From the NCBI RefSeq assembly GCF_963921235.1, contig NC_086097.1, forward strand, positions 93,622,001-93,686,000: a DNA stretch of 64,000 nucleotides. The letters are read 5' to 3'. This DNA comes from Mobula hypostoma. Lineage: Eukaryota. Made by a program: the position numbers and the translations under genes. Below are positions 1 through 13,226 of the stretch, piece after piece (position 1 is the stretch's first letter; every line of letters starts with the position of its first letter). The notes under the pieces are model-generated. The model worked only from the letters and a program-made list of their open reading frames with translations, searched no databases and was not told where the DNA came from.

Positions 1-508
1 ACTTTAGGAAGCATGCTCTCCAGATGCACCATGCTCTGGTATGGCACTCTTCCTCTGCCCAAGAATGGGAAGGAATTGCAGAGAGTTGTGAACACAGCCC
101 AGTCCATCACGCAAACCAGCCTCCTATCCATTGGCTGTGTCTATACTTCCTCTGGAAAGCAGCCAAAATAATCAGGGAGCCTTCCCACCCCAGTCATTCT
201 CTTTCCTTTCCTCTCCAGTAGATATCAACGTTTGAGACCACTGACTGCCAGACTCAAGCAAAGCTTCTGTCCTGCTGTTATCAGGCTTTTGAATGGCCCT
301 AATGATGAATTGTTCAATCTGCTTGGTCGCGGTTTTTGCACTTCAGTCGTGTACCTGCTCTGTATTTTGTAACTGCAAAGCTATATTCTGCATACAGTTT
401 TCCTTTCTGACACCTTGGTGTAATTATGTGTGACGTGAGCCACTTAGAGGGGACACAAAACAAACGCTTTCCACTGTGGGTACACATGACAATAATAAAC
501 CAACACCA
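1..508 (+). mobile_element. 3' end of a degenerate Rex1/L2-clade LINE
   Basis: Remnant WY..SSAQ..KELQRVV.TAQSI-like coding followed by a 3' tail ending GTACACATGACAATAATAAACCA; related to copies at 16175-17490, 37345-39770 and 58215-58880. Confidence 0.65.
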
Positions 509-2376
509 ATGCCTGGGCGGAGGGCGCAGTGGTCCCAGGGGCTGGGGAGGATACGGAGGCAGTGCGTGAGGTGGCAGTGGAGGACAGTAGCAAGCCGATG
601 ACTGGGAGTGCTCAAAGCCGAGAGTGCGTGAGGTCGGCAAGAAAGGTGCCTTCACGGAACACTGCCCTGTGCTGGTGAATGTCGCAGAGTCACAGAGCAG
701 CAGCTCAGAAAGAGGCCCTTGGCCCATCCAGTTCCTGCCGAACAAGGTTCCCGTCTTAGCTAACCTCATTCGGCTGTTTGACCCATATCCCTCAAACTTT
801 TCTATGCGTTTATCTGTCCAAGTGTCTTTTAAATGTTGTTAGTGTACCTCCCTCAGCCAATTCCTCTTACAGTTTGTTCATCTCCTTTCCTTCTCACCTT
901 AAAGCCATGCTGTCTCTGGTTCTTGGTTCTCCAACCCTGAGGAAAAAGATAGTGTACATTCTTTCTTGATTCGTAAAAGCAGCAAAGGCTGCGGGAAGGC
1001 AGGGGAACAGGACTGAGAGGGGTTAGCAATTAGCAATAGTAGAATAGCAGAGCAGACTCAAGGGGCCGAATGGCCCAGTTATGCTCCTATGTCTTATGGT
1101 CTTATGGCCTCTCTGTTAAAGCTTCCATTTTCCCAAAGCATGTGGCAACCCAGACTCGTGACAGATGCTGACTGGCTCACTGTATTCCCTCAGGTCAGAA
1201 TCTGCTCAGCCTTGTCTGGGGTACTGCATTCAGCACTCCTTCTGTGCCTGCCTCCATGGGAACAGTTGCTCTGAAGGGCTGGATTGCAGAGCAGGGCAGG
1301 CAGCAAGCAGCAATTAGGCCTCAGATGGCAGATTCTCAGCTCCTGTTCCTTAACGCTGGAGAGCGCTTTAATCAAAAGGATCTGTAACTTTTTTGTAGGT
1401 AAGTCTTGAGTTGTGTAAAACAATTCAAATAGGATTTAATAATTAAAAAAAAAGTTTAAACTGCTGGAAATTAATTTTAAAGGAGAAGATAGAATAAACA
1501 AAAACAAACAATGCATTTACCTGGAGGTAGGTTTTGAATAGAGAATCCCCCCAATGCAGTGAGAGGGCTGTGTCAATGTCTCTAGACCCTGGTGAAGTGC
1601 TGTTGCCCTGGCAACAGACCTTACCCCTGCACTTCACGTGCCTGTTTCTAGACCGAGACCTGGATAAATGACTGTACCACTCGGCCCCATACATACTCTC
1701 TCTGTGTGGGCGATGACTTGACGTGCCATGTCCACATTCTTAACACCAATTTCATTGCTACGAATTTTCCACCTGACCTAATCTGCAAATATAAAAAAAT
1801 CAGAATCAGATTTATTATCACGGACTTATATGACATGGAGTTTGTCATTTCATGACAGCAGTACAGTGGAAATACATAAAACATCTATTGTAAAAATAAA
1901 AGTGTAATGCAAAAAAAAGATTAACGAGGGAATGTTCATACACACTTTCAGTCTGGAGGGCTGAAAAATCTTGGCTTCCTCCTGTTGTTTTTATATCAGG
2001 ATTAAGTGTTTTTCCCCTCAGGGCAGGTACAGTAAAACACCTTCTGCAACTCCTAACGAACAGTCGCCAGTTACATGTGGTTTAGCTGAGGGGGTGTGCT
2101 GCGGAGGGTGATGAATCTGTGGGAGGACCATATGTGAATAAATGCCTTGAGTTGAACAGAATCATCAGGCACAAACCTGCAGTCTCTTCAGGCTGAGCAG
2201 TCTGCACCACTAATCCTGCGTGTTTCTTGTCCTCTACCTCAACTCTTAGCTATGTATATCACTGAGTTCCTGTCCTGTCTGTCTGTCTGTGCTCCAGTCT
2301 CCATGTTCCTGTTGCAGTCTCTATTTTTATCTGTCTGTAATTCAGATACCTCCCCCCCCCATGATAATGCACATGG

Positions 2377-2455
2377 GCACACACACACACACACACACAC
2401 AGACACGTACACACATAGACACACACACTCTCTCTCTCTCTCACACACACACACA

Positions 2456-2523
<68 letters not shown>

Positions 2524-2575
2524 CTCTCACACACAGACACACACACACACACACGTACACACATAGACACACACA

Positions 2576-2640
<65 letters not shown>

Positions 2641-2667
2641 TCTCTCTCTCTCTCTCTCACACACACA

Positions 2668-2702
<35 letters not shown>

Positions 2703-2717
2703 TCTCACACACACACA

Positions 2718-2750
<33 letters not shown>

Positions 2751-2819
2751 GTACACACACACACACACACACTCTCTCTCTCACACACACACACACACTC
2801 TCTCTCTCTCACACACACA

Positions 2820-2856
<37 letters not shown>

Positions 2857-2873
2857 TCTCTCTCTCACACACA

Positions 2874-2918
<45 letters not shown>

Positions 2919-2961
2919 TCTCTCTCTCTCACACACGTATACACACACACACACACACACA

Positions 2962-3000
<39 letters not shown>
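2377..3000. repeat. Compound (CA)n/(CT)n microsatellite, about 620 bp
   Basis: Alternating CA and CT dinucleotide blocks seen directly. Confidence 0.98.
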
Positions 3001-3001
<1 letters not shown>

Positions 3002-4065
3002 GAGTCTCTTTTGCCATCACTCATACACTGACTTTCACTTCTCTTTCTCTCTTTCTCTCTCTCTCTATAATGTTTGGACCAATATCAGGTGGTATGTCAC
3101 TCTCCATCCTTCCTACCCTGCACATGATTTGCTGGGTGGTTTCCACATGAATGTTCTCCTGTCACTATTTGATTGCCCCTGGTGCTGAACCTCCCCGTTT
3201 GCAGTGGCATCCTCGAACCCCATCAGCTGACCAATGATGACATCTTGGTGGATGAACGGAAATTCCTGCCTCCTTAGTTTGGTTAGAGTCTGGTGAATTA
3301 AGGGTCATGACCTCCAAATTGCTGGTGTCAGAGGCCAATGAAGCAATATTGCCTCTGGAAGATTTTTTAATTTTGCGAAGAATAGAAGTTCATACAATGT
3401 TGAGGAGGTGTCTGGAACAGAGGAGGCGTCTCTCAGTATTGAATGTATAGTGCCGTATAGGAGCTGATAGACAAGGGCTGTTCTTGTCAGGCGATACATC
3501 TTAAACAGGAGGTATGGAAAAGTGGAAATATTTCATAGACCCTCTAAGTGGAAGGAAATACAAAGAACAGAATGGAACATGTGAAAATTGTGTAAGGCAT
3601 AACAAAAGTTGTATTTTTTTACAAAATTAGAAGAAAAGGGATTGTGCAACATTGAGGAAGGTGCTTCATAGTTGATAATGGTGATAAAACCAAAGGCCAA
3701 AGGAGACTTGTTAAACTGCAACATCTCATGAATATTTAACAATTTAAAAGTCACTTATTAATATTTCTGACTCAAAGTAATTATGATTGAAATAGTGCTA
3801 TAATTAGCATATATATATTAAATATAGGAAAGAAAAAATGCATGACAATGAGAATTCTCCAGGATCAGCTAGTTTTCATCCCGGGATTTTTAAGGAAGTG
3901 CAGAGAATACTGCAGAAAGTCCAATATTCCAAAGTTCTCTTGATCTGCAATGAATATTTGGAAAGCTGGACTTGTCACTTGATTGCTTAAGAGCGGTGGG
4001 GAAATCAGTAAACCTGGTTAGCCCAATGTCTCATGGAGAATTGGTAATGACACCTTCCTTGTGAA

Positions 4066-4250
4066 CTCAGCTTGCAGAAGGCAAGGTGCTGGGGGACCTC
4101 AGTGGACTGAGCAGCAACTCTATGAGGAGGGGTTGACGCAGGGTTTTGGTCTGAAATGTCCACTGTTCCTTTTCCTTCAGAGGTGCAGGTTGACCCGCTA
4201 GGTTCCGCCAGCAGTATGTTTTTCCAGCACCTGCAGCTTTGTGTCTCTTT
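4066..4250 (+). mobile_element. Old degenerate PLE 3'-end derivative with partial fold-back
   Basis: TTGACGCAGGGTTTTGGTCTGAAATGTCCACTG (decayed hammerhead) followed by a ...CCAGCACCTGCAG tail; a partial inverted arm lies on the left. Confidence 0.5.
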
Positions 4251-5116
4251 CAAAATCGTCATCGTCAGAAATGTCCCTTGGGCGAGGAATCACTTTGTGT
4301 TTATTTTTCATCTCTTGTTCTACCTTATCCTGGCTTTCCAGTCTTCTCAATCTTTGCAACCTGTTCCAATTTCTGAGCTCTCTGAATTGGAAGAGAAAAA
4401 AGGAACATCAGAAGATGATCTTCAAGTATACTGTGCCCACCTGGGTGAGCTGCATTAAGACGTGTTAAGAGAGGTTTCAGTCACTCGATTCAAATTCCAG
4501 ATTGGGCAATACAGTAAATCCATTCCTGAACACTTGTAATGAGAAATTAACAGAAAAGGTGGAGGACCAACTGATCTCTCCACTAGATGACTTTAAACGG
4601 CTGATTTCCTTCCTCTGATGGTGGGCAAACCAGGACTGGGGCAAAGAGTCAGCATAAACAGTTTGTGGCAAATTGGGTGTTTTCACATTTCAGGATTATG
4701 TAGTTTTTATTGGTTAGGTAGCAGATTATTTAATTGCATTATGACCTCAGGAGGTCAGGGGGATACAGTATGTGGACTGAACAGTCCTTGGAGGGTGTTT
4801 CGGTGTTGCCGTTTTAATACCAAACTGGGAGCGCAGACTGTGTCTGTCTTGATGCCAAACTGTTGGCATCAATATGCATTTGCCTGGTGGGCCAATTTAT
4901 CAGTTATTGTAAATGAGAGCACTGTTCTCAACTAATACTGTGTTGTTGCCGTGGTTACTATTGAATGAGATGCAATGATTTTGACCAAAGTCTTTCAATG
5001 ACTAATTTTGTGAAAGAGAATTTGCTGCCCTTGTGACATGCCTTCTGAGCTGCTTGTCGCGGGTATTTGTTATCTGATGATTTGGAGGCAGAGCAGAAAG
5101 GGGGTTTGGTGGCATC

Positions 5117-5430
5117 GTCGTGAGCCCCCCTACTTCACAGTCTAGGGGCCCAGGTTTGCTCCTGATCTCAGTTGCTCTCTGTGTAGGATATGCCTGTTCT
5201 CTCTGTGGCTACCTGAGTTTTCTATGGCTGCACCTGTTGCCTCTCTCATTCCAAAGATCAGCCAGGAGGTTTATTGGCCACCAAAGATGGTCTGTTAGTG
5301 CAGGTTAATGGCAAAGCGGGTCAGTTAATGAGGGAGAGAGGGGGATTGAGACATGAAGGGGTGTGGGACTGTTCTTCCAGGAATTAGCCTGGATCCAGTG
5401 GGTTGAATAGACTCCCCTGTTTATTGTAAG
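5117..5430 (+). mobile_element. Degenerate V-SINE/HE1-like SINE
   Basis: Weak match to the V-domain pattern (TGTGTAGGATATGCCTGTTCTCTCTGTGGCTACCTGAGTTTTCT) with a CR1-type tail. Confidence 0.45.
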
Positions 5431-5459
5431 ATGGAAGAACAATTTACTGAAGCATTCAT

Positions 5460-6090
5460 GAGATCTTCTGGATGATGTTCTTAACACCCTATCAAGTCCC
5501 TTCAAGAGCATCACTCAACTTGCCCCATCATAGAGACAACCTGTGGACTCACTTTCTTTTTTTTTGGCGTGTGCCTGCGTGCGTCCATGGCTTTACAAGG
5601 CGCGGAGCGAGAGAGGGAGACTCTGTGGCGCACTACTCATGCAGACATTTTTCACAGTATTTTCCCTTTGTTTTACGAGGTCGAGTTGCGATCTTGATAC
5701 TCAACCCGGCACGGATGGAAAGCGTACATGGCAGTGGACCCGACTAGTTTCGAACCCGGGAACCTCCGCTCCCGGGTCCGGTGCCGATGTCGTTGTGCCA
5801 CCAGCCGGCCCATGTGGGCTCACTTTCAAGGACTCTTCATTATGTTCTCAATATTTATTGTTGATTTATTTATTTATTATTACTATTATATCTTTCTTTC
5901 TGTATTTGCGCAGTTTGTTGTCTTTTGCACGCTGGTTGAATGCCCAAGTTGGTGCAGTCTTTCACTAATCCTATAACGGTTACTATTCTATTCTATGATT
6001 TATTGAGTATGCCCACAAGAAAATGAATCTCGAGGTTGTATATGGTGACATATCTGTACTTTGATAATCAATTTACTTTGAACTTTGAAG
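5460..6090 (+). mobile_element. Rex1/L2-type 3' UTR fragment, host of the SINE above
   Basis: CACTTTCAAGGACTCTTC...ATTTACTTTGAACTTTGA tail, also seen at 17270-17490 and 58610-58880. Confidence 0.7.
5557..5812 (-). mobile_element. tRNA-derived SINE inserted in a Rex1 3' tail
   Basis: Minus strand shows A-box-like TGGCACAACGA, B-box GGTTCGAAAC and a poly-A tail; TSD TGTGG(A/G)CTCACTTTC at 5542-5556 and 5813-5827. Confidence 0.85.
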
Positions 6091-6348
6091 TTGGATATGT
6101 CACCCTATTGTGGTGTCTGAACCACCTTTCAAATGAATGTTACGCTGTTGTTGCAAAGTGCTGGTCTTAACAATAATGTGATTAAGTACTGCTTTCAACA
6201 GAAGAAGAGATCCCAAGGCACTTGACTTAATCATGTAGAAATTTAACCCAGATTACTCAAGGAGACTGGACCGAGGAGCGGTGATTTAAGAGAGGCAGGT
6301 AACGATAGGGATGGGATTTTTGGAATTTGGGTACTAGGTAGCTTAAAT

Positions 6349-6550
6349 CAGTGGTCCCCAACCACCGGGCTGCAAAGCATGTGCTACCTGGCCGCGAGGA
6401 AACGATATGATTTGGCGATATGAAACGATATGAGTCAGCTGCACCTTTCCTCATTCCCTGTCACTCACTGTTGAACCCCGCCCCCCCAGTTGGCAAAAAT
6501 ATTGTCAATATTAAACCTGCCTGCGGTGCAAAAAAGGTTGGGGACCTCTG
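6349..6550. mobile_element. hAT (Charlie-type) MITE
   Basis: TIRs CAGTGGTCCCCAACC / GGTTGGGGACCTCTG; imperfect 8-bp TSD GCTTAAAT/GCCTAAAG. Confidence 0.85.
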
Positions 6551-6978
6551 GCCTAAAGCACTACCACAATAACCAGGGGAAGGAGATTACTGGGTGCACA
6601 AGGGACCAGTAGTGGAGGTTACAAAGTTAGTTAGAGATGAGATTGTTCTGGGATTTGTACACAAGGATAAGAAATTTGAAGGCATTTAGGTATTTGAGTT
6701 GTTGTTAACAAGGACAAGAGTGTATGTAACTTGGTTCAAGTTTTGGCTGAAATAGATTTACAAACAAAAATAGTAGAAAGTGGTGATAACGCCTTGTCAA
6801 ATCTGACTGCATTACAGATTATGATTGCTGTAGTTGATCTCCAGACCAAAGCAGAAGATGCACTGTTTGGTGTAACTCCCCCAACCTGATGCAACTGACA
6901 TATAGTCATTGTAAGGGCATGATCATAGCCAGTCTCCTTCTTGTCATAATCTGCAACTGGTTCTTCTTTTCTCCACAG

Positions 6979-7070
6979 GTGACTTTGGAGAAGGTTCTGG
7001 GTATCACAGTCTCTGGCAGCAGTGGGCTTGCGTGTGACTCGAAGACGGGGTTGGTGGCCTACCCATCAGG
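6979..7070 (+). CDS. MAPKBP1: Internal coding exon (92 nt, phase 0 to 2) of mitogen-activated protein kinase-binding protein 1 (WD40; WDR62 paralog)
   Basis: Polypyrimidine tract plus CAG acceptor at 6976-6978 and GTGAGT donor at 7071. Encodes [31 protein letters not shown], which closely matches the N-terminal MAPKBP1 segment as I recall it ([31 protein letters not shown]). WDR62 is not fully excluded. Confidence 0.88.
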
Positions 7071-7633
7071 GTGAGTGTTTGAATGGTGATTTCTGTCCCC
7101 AGTGAACTATGTTCGTCCATCCTGGCATCACAAGATCAAAGTCAAGTTTATTGTTAAATGCACAAGTGCAATGAAAAACTTACTTTCAGCTGCATCACAG
7201 TCACATCACATCAATAAACACCATTCAAAAGAGAAACAAACATACATTAAACACAATCTTCACAAGAAAGAACACAAGTAGAACAAAAATAGTCTAATTG
7301 CAAAGTGACCAAAGTGGTCATAATTTGGCTAAATGCAAATGCAGTGGCTCCCAAATACTTTTGGGCATTTTTGGGGATTTTTGGCTCCCAGACCACACCC
7401 TCAATGCCCCCCCCCTTTCCCTTTCCGGCCATAACATAAAAGCTATAAGGAATTTTGACTTATGATGCACAGTGAATAAAACTAGGAACTGCAAGTTCAA
7501 AGCAGTAATATAATTGCAAAAATTATTCAAATCTATTTAAAGCAAAAATACAAAATCAATTTTATGTAATTACAGTAAAGACAATTTTTAGAGTGTACGT
7601 TAATAGTCCAACTATTCATTGCTTTTTCACCTT

Positions 7634-9399
7634 TCAATGTGACAGATGGGCTTGGTGCAGTGATATCAGCTTCTCCATATCAGGCTGAGTGTCACTCAGA
7701 AGGAGTCTCAGATCCCCACGTTCAGTAATTTGCAGTCTGTTTCGTTGCTTTGAAAGAAGTTGGGCGACTTCACTGAAACCGTGCTGCACTAAATTTGATG
7801 TTGGAAAAGCAATAAAGAACATTTTGACCATTTCCCACAGTGCAGGATAACATTCTTTCTGCAACCAAAAAGTCTTGATATGATTTTTTGCACCTTGGCT
7901 TCAGCTCAAAGTCAATTCGTAGTGAGATCAGTTCCTCCTCCATCCTTCCTGTTAATTCCTCATTACAAGTGTTTAGGAATATATTTATTATCCAATCTGG
8001 CATCTGGATCGATAGAAGATCCTGAAATCTCTCTGACATGTTTTTATGCAGCACACCATGTGGGTACAGTATACTTGAAGATCATCATCTGGTATTCTTC
8101 CAACTCAGTGAGGCCCAGAAATTGGAAAAGGTCGTGGCAGCCATTGTTACACTTAAATAGGATTAACTTGGACAGAAATGTTGAGACAACTGACTTGACT
8201 TTGATAAGTCCTTGCAATTGAAGAATGGTTTCATTAATCTGTGTGAATTATTCTGACAAATAAGCAATCTCATACCTAATATTCTTGAGTTGTTTACTGA
8301 ATGAAATGAGTCTTCAAAGAGTTTTATCACAATTTCAAAAAAGTGCATAAAAGACTCTTGGGCGGTTTCCTTTTGAGGGCCATCTGAGTTCTGTGCACAA
8401 CAGCAAGTATTCAAACTCTTCATCATTCTCAATACAAAGCTCTCGAAATAGTCGAGAGTAGAGAGCATGGGACTTGGTTTTATTTACCGCTGTGATAGTA
8501 GTATTTAATAATTTGTGCAGCTGATTACTTAGGCTTTCTGCAACAAAATGTTGTCTGCGAATTATACAGTGAATGGTAAATTCGTTAGATACGGCATTTT
8601 TGAAGAAATAGTAATCCCATGTTGTGTCCTATCATTGATAGTGTCCCACCTGTTGGTGAGTGCAATGTCTTCCCCTTTGAAAAACAACTCAACAACCTGA
8701 AATATTGACTCCCCCTTTGTATCTGTTTCTATTTCCCTTGCAAACAACAATTCTTGAACCATACTTTCATCTTTCATGAAGCAAACATAACCAAGAAGCA
8801 AAGATTTGTTGCCTGGCAAAGTTAACTAATCCAAATGCAGAGTGAATTTGTTTGTCCTAAGTACTTTTCACAATGTGTCTTCCACACTCTGACATTTCTT
8901 CTTTGAACAGAGTTGTTGCTGAGTGGAATTACTTTAATTATTTGGTCTGGTGACTTATATAAAACCGTACTCAGAAACTCCCTTACTGCTGGCAGAATCA
9001 GTCCTTCTCCAATTGTATAGGGCTTTCCAGATTTAGCAATGAGCAATGAAATGTATGAAGCACGTAAACCATCACTGTTTTGTTGTAAAGTGCTGGCAAA
9101 AGGGTTTTGAAGTGTGTTCCATTTCTGAAAATTTTCATGGAACAACTGAAAATAAGCCAGGTTCTTATTTGCTTTATTAAAGTATATTCTCAACAAATGT
9201 TCAAGGGGCTTGGATGATCTCATTGTCTCATTTGTAAATACTTCTTCATACGACAGACACATTGGCTGCTGTTGGTTGCTTGATACCGGTATAAATCTAT
9301 ATTTCAGATATTCCGCACTATACTGTCTACAAACAAGAGAAAATCTGCAGATGCTGGATACTGTCTAGACTTCTTTTCCTTTTCAACTGCTTCTGCCAT
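7634..9399 (-). pseudogene. hAT transposase pseudogene (SCAND3/ZBED8/Buster-like)
   Basis: Fragments: MAEAVEKEKKSRQYSAEYLKY, ISLLIAKSGKPYTIGEGLILPA, IPLSNNSVQRR, REIETDTKGESIF, FIAFPTSNLVQHGFS..LLSKQRNRLQI..RGDLRL..HQAHLSH*. Multiple stops and frameshifts. Confidence 0.92.
9330..9357 (-). mobile_element. 28-bp PLE extreme 3'-end micro-insertion
   Basis: CAAACAAGAGAAAATCTGCAGATGCTGG (reverse complement of the tail at 16017-16043) between 10-bp TSDs ATACTGTCTA (9320-9329, 9358-9367). Confidence 0.85.
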
Positions 9400-11149
9400 T
9401 TTCATAATGGATTAACTATTATGATGAATCGCCTATTGTTTAAGTCCAACCTTAAGTTCCGCGATCATTAAAGGGGAAAGTTATGATGTCATCCTAACTT
9501 AGGCAAAACTTCACTCACTGTCTGGAGGTACACAAAGTGGTACAGCGATATCTCGGTTGGGTTGTGGGCTGAAGAAATGTGGTCAAGGCAGTTTGTAAGG
9601 GCAGATTCTGAACTTTATCCCATTGAATGCCGTATCCTCATTCACAGGAATTGTGTCACTGGGAATTGAACTAGCTAATACTGTACATCAGTAGTAAATG
9701 GCAATAATGCTGGGGCCAGCCCAGAAATAACATGATTTCTTCAGCCTAGATTTCTCATGATTTGCCAAGTTCAACAACTATAATGCGCTTTGAACAAAGT
9801 TTAAGATAAATGTGTGTCAGCGAGAGATGGGGTGATTATGTGATTGTTCTGATCAATTATGAGGCACTGAGAATCAAATGCTTATAATTGCTAAGTAATT
9901 CATTCCTTAAACCTGTAATCCCTCAGCTGCCCCCCCTTAGTATCAAGTGCCCCTCTCCCACCACACCTTTTATCACCCCTTTAGAAACTCCCACCACCCC
10001 TGGGGGGAGTGATTTTGCCCACTTTGGAAACCACTGCTCTAGAGATTAGTGTGGTATGAGTCGGTTCAAGAACCCATGGTTGAAGGGAAGTAGCCATTTT
10101 TGAACCTGGTGGCGGGGGCTCCTGATGGTAACTGTGAGAAGATATCATGGGTTGGATCTATGGTATTTGTTGCATTTTTCAATTAATTTTGCTTGTCAAC
10201 AGTTTGTATCACTGGAGTATGTATGGTTCTGCTTGGGTAATTTGTGTGTGTATATTTGGAAAGTTTAAGTACATGAACCTGGAAGGAACGAGTTACATTC
10301 TCATAGCACCCTGTGCATCCACTTTAGAGTGAATGAAGTATTATTTGCAATTGTGGACACCAAAAACATAATGACTAGATTCATCTGGTTTTGTAATGTT
10401 CTCTGAAAGGTAGACGTTGGCCAGTGTATTGCAGGTAATCTTACAGCTCTTAAAATCCTATGAACTCGAGAAGCAAGGGTGTCTAAAACAGCGTCTTCGA
10501 GCCTGCTGTGCAATTCATTATTACGACTGATGTTTGACCTGAAGTTCTCGCAGACTCTGATTCTGTGAAATCAAAACAATGATCTATCTCACCCTTAAGT
10601 ATGCTCAATATCTAAGTGTGCTGCCCTTCAGGAGGGTTTCCGCCATTCTGCGTGAAAAAAGAATTCTACTCAGGTCAACTTGCAAATGACAGGTCTTCAG
10701 AGAGCGCCCTCCAGTTGGAGAAAGCAGATTGGTGGCATTGACTCTGTCAATTCCTGTGTCTCAATAAGATCACCTCTTATTCTTTGACATCCTAATATTA
10801 CATCTTCATCGGATAACCTGCTCATTGTTGGAATCATGCTTGTGAGTCAGCACTGACCTAGTGCATGCCTCTTTACAATCAGTGTGCCCTTCTTTAAGGA
10901 CTGAGCAAAACTAAACTTCACAATACTCTAAATGAGAGGGATTAATGTCTTGCATTATCTCATTATGGCATTTTACTCCATCCGCCGAACCGCTTGCATT
11001 ACCTGCCTGTTTACTTGGAAGTTCATGTACAAGGATGCCCAGACCTAGTTGACCAAAGAAACACTAATTGGGTTCTGCTGATTTAAGTGGTATTTTGTTC
11101 TTCTGATTTAACCTCTGAAGTGTCTGATGTCGCAGAACATGTGGCAGAG

Positions 11150-11320
11150 TGGTGTGGCAGAGTGGTGTTGCAGGTAAGGCAAATGTCTCTCAGCTCCAGT
11201 GGCCCAGGTCAGATTTTGACCTCTGCTTCTCCTGTTTCTACGGGCGTTTACCCCTGGTGCTCCAGTTTTCTCCTACATCTCAATGACTGGCTGGGGGTTA
11301 AATGGCTCTGTGTAGGTGTG
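11150..11320 (+). mobile_element. Degenerate V-SINE/HE1-like fragment
   Basis: CCCTGGTGCTCCAGTTTTCTCCTACATC V-domain remnant. Confidence 0.5.
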
Positions 11321-13226
11321 TCTAGTAACCCCGATGGATTCCAGCGTTTTGCCAACTGCTGATACTGCTACCAAACATTCTGTACTGGTTTCCCTCTATT
11401 TACATGTTTCAAATTTTCGTTCTAAAGCCGTTGTGTCTTTAGGGTTTGCAAATTCAGTTTCTGAACTTATTTTCTGCTATAATGAATAATGTGCCTCTCT
11501 CTTCCCTCGGAAATGCATTGGAACAAAATTCGTGAGTCTCATTTTGATCGGGTGTTTTAGCAAGATTTCAGTGAACAAGATATGTTCAAGAAATGCTTTG
11601 CCTTCACAAATCAAAGAATGGCTTCTATTGTCTTCTCTATTGTTATTCTCTCCCTGCTTCCCTAAATATTGGCATTTTAGTTGCTACCTTGCATTTGGTT
11701 GTGACTGATACAGAAATTTGGAAGAACTCCTTTTTATGTGCATTGTTTCTGTAGGTAGCCTGAGATGCGGGCAGGAGTTTTAGGAGGATTTGTCTCGTTT
11801 TAATCCTTTTAATGTCTCCAGTACTTCCTTTTCAATTCTGCTACCTGAAGCACAGAAGCAGGCCCTTCTGCCCATCAAGTCCATACTGCTCATTAACTAC
11901 CTTTGGATACCAGCATTTACCACCACTTGGTCTGTAGTTTTCTTTGACCTGCTGATTCAGGTACTCATTTAAAATGCTTTGTTAATGTCATGGACATCTC
12001 TGCAGCCACCACCTGTCAGACAGTGCATTCCAGATTACACCTCGGCCCTCTTCTTTACCTGAAACTTGTGACCTCCTGTTTCATATGGGGCAAAGTTTCG
12101 TATTAAAAGCCCCATCTATGTCCCTCAAAATTAATTTGTTATTCCCTTCTTTATTTCCAGGAATTACAATTTCACATAAGCTATAGAAAATATTAACTTT
12201 TTAAAAAGTTAAAAATGGTCATGTATTTAATATTTCAATAATACTTGAGTAATCTTGTGTGTGTGTATGTGTGTGTGTGTGTATATATATAGTTAGACCC
12301 ATATTTCGGACTCCCATGTTTTGTTTTGAATTAGTTTTGAGGTTATAAAACACACCACCAGGCAATGTCAAACACGATCATTTTCTTGACATAGCCTGAA
12401 CAGCTCAGTGATAAGAAAATTTGTTAGTAAAGTTCTCTTAACCTGCTATCAGGATTACATGGGATTTCCCAGCTTGTACTCCATAGGTATTTAAAGGTCC
12501 AATGAGGTTTCAGTTTTGCCAGCATTTAGTGGCTCACACTCTCTCATGGTGTTTTGTATGGAGTTGCTGTTTATTCAGCAGGGTAAAGGGTTATTTGCTG
12601 AGTAACTGTGGCATGCTGTTTGTTCTATAGGGCATGGGTTACTCATAGTGTAACTCTACACAGTTCCTGCTCAGTTTACATGGAATAAAGATGATTGTTT
12701 ACCTACCCATTCAGATTCCAGTTTAATTGAATATGTGTGTATGTGTATGTAGGGGTGTGTTTGTGTGTGTGTGTCTGTGTGTGTGTGTGTGTTTTACACA
12801 GCGTTCGTAGCGAAAACATTAATTCACAGGTCACACAGCTGGAGCAGGAGGGCTGGGGGAAGGGTGAGTGTGATAAAGGCTTCAGTGTGGTACGGAGCAA
12901 ATGGAAATTGGTGAATAATTGAAGAGTGTTTTGCACTTCATCTAAGTCTGCTCTTTCAGATTTAGAAGTAGGCCACAAAAACGCTGCACTTGTCACTGAG
13001 TGACAGATCTATATCATTAGCCCACACTCCACTCTCCCCCACATATTGCTCCCGAGAGTTTTTTTCCACCGGCGAGATAATTATGTATACTGTGTTGCTT
13101 TTGCGAGTGTGTGGGCTCAAATTCTGAGTGTGAGGGCCCTCAAATTGTGAGTGTGTGTGTGTGATGGTCCTCACGTTACGAGAGTGTGTGTGTGTTTGTA
13201 TGTGTATATGTGTGCGTGTGTGTGTG

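Larger units (their letters stand above)
7342..10036 (-). mobile_element. Full-length decayed hAT Buster/Charlie DNA transposon
   Basis: TIRs CAGTGGCTCCCAAA / TTTGGAAACCACTG enclosing a transposase pseudogene. It sits in a Rex1/L2 tail (7134-7341 continuing at 10037-10160). Confidence 0.9.

Noticed and set aside
2289..3188. 299-aa His/Thr/Leu/Ser-rich ORF
   Set aside because: Translation of the (CA)n/(CT)n microsatellite, which lacks stop codons.
5730..5812. tRNA gene
   Set aside because: The A/B boxes belong to a SINE head with a body, tail and TSD; no complete cloverleaf.
6889..6978. N-terminal part of ORF 6889-7074 as coding
   Set aside because: It is intron read-through including the polypyrimidine tract; homology starts after the AG acceptor.
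7634..9399. Domesticated ZBED8/SCAND3-like host gene
   Set aside because: Many stops and frameshifts with TIRs retained; it is a dead transposon.
7334..10044. 8-bp TSD for the hAT element
   Set aside because: Left TGCAAATG and right CTCTAGAG do not match, so boundaries rest on the TIRs only.
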